Shown here piece after piece: positions 54,301 to 62,172 of a stretch of DNA of 62,172 bases (the first letter of the stretch is position 1; every line of letters starts with the position of its first letter). Where the stretch lies: the NCBI GenBank assembly GCA_015680685.1, contig MNCI01000920.1, forward strand, positions 532,443 through 594,614, written 5' to 3'. This stretch comes from Gnetum montanum. Taxonomy: Eukaryota; Plantae; Gnetophyta. Position numbers and translations under genes: made by a program. The notes under the pieces are model-generated. The model saw only the letters and a list, made by a program, of their open reading frames with translations. It made no database searches and was not told where the DNA came from.

Positions 54301-55496
54301 TTGTCATAACAATAAAATCAAAACTAGTTTCATCATGTTCCTTAATATATTCCCTCTCTCCTAGAAGGATTAAGGAAGCATTAAGTGAGCTTTGCTACCT
54401 CACTTGTTCAACTATCATAGGAATAAAATTATGGATTCCATCAAGTCTAACAACACTCCACACATTTCNGCACCTATTTCCAAATCCACCTAATTTCTTC
54501 TTAGCTTTGAGNTTCACCTATTTTCAAATCCACCTAATTTCTTGTTAGCTTTGAGTGCCAAATCATAAGCCTCATCAAGTGTTTGTGGCTCATAAAAGGA
54601 TAACTCTTGCTAGTACATCATTTTGATACCTTCTAAAAATATTGAAGCTTACTCATACTGCTCCTAGTTTTCCTTAGCTTAATGGGATAAATTACAAAAT
54701 TCAATGTAAAATTCTTTGACATCCTTGTCATCTTTCCTTAGGAATCTCAACTTCATAATGGTTTCTTATCTCTAACAAGACTATTAAAATCTCCTTTTCA
54801 ACATGTATTTCATCATATCCCAATCTTTGATAGGTTGACTATTTTATCTTTCATAACCCTGGGACTCCTTTTTCCACCATGTAGAAATCATACCTTCTAA
54901 TCTAGATTCAAAAATAAGCACCCTCAAGTTATTTGGTACCTATTCCAATAGAAAATGCTTTTGAAGTACCTTCATTCAACTTGAAAAATCATTGGTGCCA
55001 TCTACACCATTGAAAGTATTCAACTCTACATATGGAAGTCTTGAAGCATTTTTGAATGCTTTAGTAAGTCTTACCTGATCTTCATCATCAAGATTTCTTG
55101 AAGAAGTATTGAACACCACTAGAGCCCTTGGAGTTATTATTTGATGAATATTATTTCCTACCATTGGAATCCTTGGCTAATGGTTTCATATACTCCCATA
55201 GGTAGATTAACCTTCCTCATCATCTACTCCATCTTCACCTTGCTATGAAATGTCTTCATCTGAACATACATGCTCTTCACCTCCATGTGTTGGAATATGG
55301 CTAGGATAAGCTTGTCTATCTACCTTTGCATTGATTTCATCCAATTAAGCAACCATCAATTGGAAGGCTAACTTCATGTTGTCCATGTTGTGATTCAAAG
55401 CTTGAATCTATTTCTTCTTGGGTGCCATTTAAAATTGACAAAATCCTTAACCAAAATCCAAGCAACAATAAAACTATGCTCTAATACCAATAGCAT

Positions 55497-56503
55497 TGGA
55501 GTAGGTTCACTCCACAATTATATCACTTTCCATGCACTAAATCTAGATATTATGCAAAGATAAATTTATTTTCTAGAAAAACAAGAAAAATAGCTATCTT
55601 CAATTAAATTATTCAAAGATTACAATAGATTTCATACAACCCACAAGCATCCAAAGACCTATCATACTTAAATGATATTGTAGAGCATGAGGCTCCACAA
55701 TCATACAATTGTTGTTCTTCTCAATGCAAAACATAAGAGAAATCTCTTCCACAACTCGAGACTGAGATCTCAACTCATAAGTGAGATACAAGAGAATAAA
55801 ACAAATAGGTCAACACACCACAAGCTAATCTTGGAACTACAATCACCTATTGCACTCACCCAATGTGCTCATCCACTCTCTTACCTAGTTCTCCTAGCAT
55901 ACAAGCTTTCCTCCTCTCTCATGGATGAAGACATATATCATTATAAAGATCCAAAATCCTAGGAAGCTTTCTATTTTCCTCCTTAGATGTTTTCCACATG
56001 GATTTGGAGTCTTTTGGATGTTTCTAATCAAAACACCACATCAAAGCTTTTCTTCTTCATAGGCATAGATGTCTCTTATTTCATGTAGATGTCTCCTATG
56101 GGCACTCTATTCTCAAAAGAGACATCTACTATTTTTGGAAGACATATTCTCTAGAATAGAGACATCTTCACTTTGGGAAAGGCATATCTAGAAGGACATC
56201 TTTCTTTTTGTAGAGACACCTATCCTAAAGGTGCCAAAAATAAAAATTCTTATTTTAATTCCAAGAGCCTTTAGATCCCTCCCAACAAGTTCCCATAGAT
56301 CGTGGAACCTCCTAAACTCATCAAAATAAGCCAAAAACACCTCTAAACATGCCAAAACATTCAATAATCTTCATCATAAAAATTTAACACAAAAACACAC
56401 ACAAAAGTTGGACACATGCATCTAGGTCTTTTTCAAGTGCATAACCTATGAAAACAACTTGTAGGATAAGCACAAGGAAATCAAAAGAGGTGTTTCTACA
56501 CTA
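55497..56503 (-). repeat. 5' LTR of CRM-like element
   Basis: Colinear with 50393-51391; adjacent to the PBS-Met. Confidence 0.9.
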
Positions 56504-56779
56504 ATGAAGAAGCTACCATTTCTTAGAACATGAAGACTGCATCAAGCTTTGCTTTATTTCCTTTTGATTTTTTTAATCATATTGTTTAATCATGCAGTTG
56601 TAAACACCACTCAAACCATAATGTGGCATTCATACTAAAGTTATTCATGTATACAAGTCATAATGTCGACATCTGTACATAACCCCACAAATTTTGTAAG
56701 GAATTCTATCCTTCTTTTATTTTAAGGAAAAAATTTCAATCATTTGTTGGGGTATGATAAAACCTTTTTGTTTTCCAAT

Positions 56780-57100
56780 TACGATATTGTACCTATGATA
56801 TCATAGCTCTACATACATCATCATAGATATGATGTAGTAGGCCATGGTCATGCCTATAAATACCAACCCACCATCATGTCAAAACAAAAACTTTTAGCCA
56901 AAACTTAGTAGAATTTTTGTAGTTTATTTTCTTGAATTAGAGTTAGAGTTAAAGTGAATGCCTACAGTGTGGTGAACAATAGTTGTATGAAATCTTTATT
57001 TGAGCGTACTATTCCTAGATGTAATTCATGAAAAAAAATAAAGATTAAGATTGCTTTTCATTAGTGTAGCCTCTTACTTAGCTTAATTTTTACTTTTCAT
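56780..57100 (+). repeat. LTR-like repeat with TATA
   Basis: Homologous to 30945-31270. Confidence 0.7.
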
Positions 57101-57709
57101 CATGTTTACTTTCATTCAATAATTTACATTTTCTAAGTACTTTACTTTTCCAATGTTTGTTAATAAGGTGGAATAAGTACGACTAATTTCGAGTGAAAGG
57201 TATAATTGTTTCATAACCTAGTAGTCACTTCACTTAATTCACCCACTAGTGATAACTTGGTATTTTTTCAAGGTATTTTTGTTGATGAATAAGCCTTTCT
57301 AGATCCCAAGAACAAGGTACTAGTAACTACAAGTTTGAAAATATGAATGGAAAAATTATGTATGAAATGGTTTCCCAAGGCTAGCTTATATTGACCAATT
57401 CATAGTTTTATGTAAAAGGATTCTAGGAGATTCTAACTCGAGACCCATTAACCAACCTACATCACATATCAAATGAGATAAGGATAACAACATTTGTAAA
57501 ATCCACATGTTGTCAACTTGTTCTTATCAAAGATAATAAGATTACTAGATAATAATCAAGTAATATCAAAATTAAATAAATATGATGATAATGTTAAATT
57601 TAATATAACATGTCAAATAGAAATGTAAGAGGTGATACTTATTGAAAAAATCACGTTATCAAAGTATCATGCCAATCATACCAATCATTAAGTTTCATGG
57701 CAACAAGAT

Positions 57710-57773
57710 CATCATCATCATCATCATCATCATCCTAGCCTTGTCCCAGAAAATGTGTTAACCATTGTTCCAT
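57710..57773 (-). mobile_element. 64-bp 5'-truncated RTE LINE 3' end with (GAT)n tail
   Basis: (cat)8 cctagccttgtccca..., flanked by caagat TSD; empty site in the paralogue near 59597. Confidence 0.75.
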
Positions 57774-58434
57774 CAAGATAAAATTTCAAAATAATAAAAA
57801 AGGATAAAAACAATATATGTTATAAATAAATCAAACATGAAAGATCTTGAACCACAACACCAACATAAGGATAAAACAAAAGTATTAAACATCCTAACCA
57901 TCATAGGAATGTTTACATCCTATTTCTCTAAATAGGAATCTTTTTCTTAGAAGATGGAAAAAACGTGTAGTAACTAATAATTAACCAACAATGTTAATTA
58001 ATCTATCAACCATGTGTCATATTACCAAAACCCATACATCTTTTCAACTAGTAATACATCATCTCAAATAAAATATTGAAGCACTACAACTACCTCAGGT
58101 TGATATATCCTTCAGTAAATATGTTTTTGTTTTATCATGTTCATTAGAATCATTTTCTCCCTCTACTCTTAGGCATGTCATTACCAAAGTAGGCATCCCA
58201 ATTATGAGCATAAAAATTACAACTCCTTTTCTTACCTTTCTTCAACAGTTCATCTTCTAGCTTGATACAACAACAATCATCCTTCTACTATGTATTCAAC
58301 ATTCCATTTGTTCATTATTATTGCAACATTAACATCTAATTTTTTTTATTTCTCTTTCTTCTTTCTTCATTTTTCTTTATACCCAATTTCACCTATAAAA
58401 CTTAACCAAACTTTGATTAGTAATATACTACCAT

Positions 58435-59180
58435 GCACTAATACCAAAATGTCACATCCTTAAATATAACTTAATCTGTTTAATTAAATTTTGTGATTTT
58501 CTTCCTTAGATACCATTATTATCCCTTTCTTAATTAACACCAAAGCATTAAGCTTCTTCAATCATTACATCAATTAAAAAATAAATAAAATAATTAGCAG
58601 ACATCATTATGAAAAAAAATTAAACTTAACCCTTATACAACATGATTTCAAGTATTAAAACATTAGAAAGAATCTCTAGCAATAGGAACTTCAATCTTCA
58701 ACCAAGGTGTAGGCAACCACATCACCGTCCTCCCTTTAGCACTTGTAACAACATCATCTACATGCATTGTCATGCAAAAAGAGTTATAGCTCTCTAAGTA
58801 TATGGATTTTTCTTGTTATCTCTTGGAAGGCATCACTAGTATGAATCATCATAGTTGCATTAAATGGTTAGATCACACAGCTAATAAACTATCAAAAACC
58901 AAAGTGACTAGCCAAATATCCTAGGTATTCAATCTAAAATTAAGTTAATCATAGGTTGATTACCCATGAAAGTAAGATCTCAAGACTTCCAAAGCCTACT
59001 ATCCCAACCTAGCCATAATAAGTAATACCAAATGGCCTAGCCTACCTACAACCTTCTCATCATTAGACATCCTAAAGCATTCTTGAGCTCCAATGGTAGT
59101 ATCTAGTAATTGTGGTACAAAGTAACACTAACAAGCTTACAGCATTATGTGGTTCATGCAAGAAGATCACTAAAACTTAG
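58435..59180 (-). mobile_element. LTR with degenerate PBS-Met
   Basis: gcactaatacca (tggtattagtgc on minus), 3 nt before tgtcacatcc; homologous to 29187-30865. Confidence 0.65.
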
Positions 59181-59715
59181 GTAACCTATTAACTATGATT
59201 TTAACTCTAAGTTCACCTTCTAGCTAGACTAACTAGGTGTAAGGCTCAATTCAAAGTATCCCTGCGTAACTATGTATTAGTCTCCCTAGAGGATTGAAGG
59301 ATCATTAAACTTGCAAGAACCATATGTGCATACCAACTTTCAAGGCATATAACTCAACCTTACCTATTTCTCATAGCATGTTGAGACTAACTACTGCTAA
59401 TCTACCACTTAGTATCATACATGTTACATATCATATCATAGATAATAAAGTTAGTAGATAATAACAAAGTATTATTAAATTTACATAAGATATTATGATA
59501 AAATAAAATTACATTCAAGATAACATGTCAAATAATAATGCAAATGGTGATACTTATTATCATACTAGTTATACCAAATATTAAGTCTTATGCAAACAAG
59601 ATAAAATGTTAAAACACTAAAAAATGATTAAAAATAATGTCTTTTATAAATACATTAAATGTGCAATACCCTCTACTATGCCAATTTTGAACCCTAAGAC
59701 CAACATAAGGGTAAA

Positions 59716-59890
59716 ACAATGAGGTATTAACCTAGTAGTAAGACACTTGATTTGAGTGCTCCAAGTCATGGGTTTGATTCTGGTGGGCAATGCTAATTTA
59801 TAAAATTCTAATTGGACTATATATCTTGGGGTGAATCTATAATTCAATTATTTTAGGGTTCTAACAACCCCTCCATCACATCCCCCTCCC
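59716..59890 (+). mobile_element. tRNA-headed repeat (putative SINE), copy 2
   Basis: gaggtattaacctagtagtaagac...gggtttgattctggtgggc. Confidence 0.6.
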
Positions 59891-60084
59891 CTCAAAAACC
59901 TTAACCCAACCATTATCTTAGTTTTGGCCTTTAAAGCATTTAACAAAAATTATTTTCAAACTATGCATTCATAGCATAGTATAGGTTGTAAGATCATTTG
60001 AAATAAATCTCTTTTAAAATTTTCTAAGTTTAAGAAGGAAAGGAATTGGGAGGAGAAAAAGAAGAATGTTGAAATTCAAAATTT

Positions 60085-60255
60085 TTTTTCTTAGGGAAGG
60101 AGGTGTTAAAACCCCAAAAGAATTGTAATATAGGTACACTCTAATATATATAGTCAAGTTAAAACTTTATAACTAAAGAAATGTTCATCAAAATCAAACT
60201 CATAACTTGGAGCTTTCAAATCAACAGTCTTACCACTAGGCTAATACCTCATTAT
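60085..60255 (-). mobile_element. tRNA-headed repeat, copy 3 (inverted)
   Basis: Minus strand tgaggtattagcctagtggtaagac...gagtttgatt. Confidence 0.6.
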
Positions 60256-60404
60256 TATTTTTTTATACTATATGAATTCTTAAGTCATGGAGCTAACTTA
60301 TCTAAAGTGTAATTCAACCTAACGAATATTTTTATACATCCATGAGCTTAAGTTGTTTATTATTTAGTTCAAAATCATGATTTCTCTTATTGGTTTCATA
60401 AATT

Positions 60405-60548
60405 GGAGGGGCATTGGAATCCCAAGATAATTGTAATATAGGTACACCCTAAGATATGTAGTCCAATTAACACTTTATAACTTAGAATTATCCACTAAAA
60501 TCATACCCATGATTTAGAACTTTCAAATCAAGATTCTTACCACCAGGT
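60405..60548 (-). mobile_element. tRNA-headed repeat, copy 4
   Basis: Colinear with copy 3. Confidence 0.55.
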
Positions 60549-61699
60549 TTCATAAATTAAAAATTCTAATATAACAACATATAACTTCATCCCTAGACAT
60601 TCACTAAACTTTTTTATTTGATGCAAAATTGATTCTAACTTTGTTTTTGGCTATTAAAATTTGAAATAATTTGGCTATAGATACACTCAAGACAAAAGGT
60701 CAGATATTTTAGAAGAATATAAAATGAACATAATGGGTTTAGATTAAATATAAAAGAGATAATCTAACAGATTTATCAGGATTTTATAGTTAGCTATTAA
60801 TCTAATGCTAACCTTTCTTTTTTCTTCTCTTAGCTTCTAAAATGAAAAAGTGAACACATGTTGTAAGATCAAAAGGCTTGAAAATTATAAATAAGATAGA
60901 ATACATGGAATGTAATTTCAAGTAAATGTATAAACAATGATGAAATAGAAGTAATAATTACTCAACATTTTCCTTGCTACAAACAATTTTACTATCTAGG
61001 ATTAATGTTCCAATCAAGTGGTGAAATTCATAAAGATTTAGGAGATAGGATTGAGATAAGATGGTTAAAATGGAGAAAAACTAGCAATGTTTTATGCAAC
61101 AATAGAATTTCAATAAAACTAGAGGAGAATTTTATAAGATGGTAATTTGGTAATTTGGTAGGAAGAACATTCATCCTCTAGATGATAACCCTTTTTGTCA
61201 CATATGTATTTCTAAATGAAGTTGTTTTGTAACAAATATGGTGTTGCTTCATAACAAATTATGTAGTTATTATAATAAGACTTCAAAAATTAAACTGTAA
61301 TAAAACTTGAAAGAACACACTGTAATAATGAGCATGTCTCTTGAGATAACCTTTTGGGGATTTGATGTAAGGTATTTATACTCAAGAATTAGAGGTCATG
61401 CTAGCATGGAGTTACAAAGCCAACAATGGTGAGTAATGGGTGATAGCTGGAGTAGGAAAGGAAAGTGACTAGCCATCTTTTCTAGTTAGTTATAGGTCTA
61501 ACTATGATGGAAATAAAGAATTACCCCTAAGGGATAGATGCTAAAGGAAGAAAATCCTAAGGAACCCTCAAAGCATAATCTAGCTACATTATTCCATATT
61601 AATAAAGCTTTCTTTCCATTTCCTTTTTCATTTTCCATGTTGCTTTCTTTACACATAATGTTCTATGTTACATATATTTGACATTTTCCATGACATCCA

Positions 61700-61731
61700 A
61701 AAATTGGATGTCATAATTAGTATCAAAGCTA
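61700..61731 (+). other. Degenerate LTR end plus PBS-Met
   Basis: ggatgtcata at tagtatcaaagc resembles ...TGTCACA nn TGGTATCAGAGC. Confidence 0.45.
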
Positions 61732-61860
61732 GGTTTCAGTCCTAGGACCTATGGGCTATGGATCCATCATGCTTCCACTACACCAACCCAAGTTAGGAAT
61801 ACCATAAATAATACTTACCATGAAACCATGTGCAAAATCCGTGCTACTAGCAAAGCCCAT

Positions 61861-62172
61861 TGATGAGTGGCGAGGTACCCCTACACTCCACCATACGAAT
61901 ACGAGCATGCACGCGTGATCCAGTCGAACTCCTCAGACTAAATGCCTTAACGCCACAAGAAACACTTGGGGTTAATCATTCGTTGTCTTCCCAGGCTTTC
62001 TTGTAAGTGTCACGGTGTATGGTTAAGCAAGTCTGAGGTATGTGATTTTTTTGGTATTTTTGGCTTATCTTCTATGCTACCAGGAGAAAGGGTTGAGAAC
62101 CTAAGCTAACTCTAACTACAGATCTAAGTCTAAATTAACTAGCGTCAGCATCCGTTCCCACTTACCGAACAC
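61861..62172. repeat. LTR start, runs off the window
   Basis: tgatgag...gaggtacccctacac is homologous to solo LTR 29546-30437. Confidence 0.8.

Larger units (their letters stand above)
50393..56503 (-). mobile_element. Two-LTR Ty3/gypsy chromovirus, CRM-like (decayed)
   Basis: LTRs 50393-51391 and 55497-56503; TSD atgga/atgaa; PBS-Met tggtattagagc 55478-55489; PPT gaaggatgggagact 51392-51406; RT LVPKKD..WRMCIDSR..KIDLKSGYHQI; INT VSMDFV..VVDRF. Ns at 54469 and 54512. Confidence 0.92.

Noticed and set aside
54469-54560. Protease deletion and local duplication in the CRM-like element
   Set aside because: Flanked by Ns; probably an assembly artefact.
59720-59790. Functional tRNA gene
   Set aside because: No intact cloverleaf; multi-copy with a shared non-tRNA body.

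Overview
A transposon-dense, AT-rich plant nuclear region with no intact host gene. The TatII-type domain order suggests a non-angiosperm vascular plant (inference). Left half: two related, 3'-truncated Ty3/gypsy Tat/Ogre-like LTR retrotransposons on the minus strand, both with a tRNA-Asn PBS and both followed downstream by mosaics of host gene fragments (PB1 domain, LRR-RLK kinase). The larger element (about 8.8-24.9 kb) is unusual. Its gag-protease and RT-RH-aRH-INT regions are separated by about 6 kb that looks like a giant Ogre-type intron. That spacer holds a multi-exon antisense gene encoding an FCP1/SCP-like HAD phosphatase fold lacking the catalytic Asp, a transposon-protein-like domain, an acidic linker and a coiled coil. 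Right half: a U6 retrocopy, RTE-LINE 3' ends, a tRNA-headed repeat family, a solo LTR with TSD, a decayed TatII-type element (PROT-aRH-RT-RH-INT), an intron-containing Helentron/HLE2-type RepHel gene with an adjacent NAC fragment and minisatellite, and a two-LTR CRM-like chromovirus with TSD. Many elements are decayed by C>T/G>A changes. Assembly Ns lie at 36281, 39807-39874, 54469 and 54512. All family calls come from motif recognition by eye; no database searches were run.
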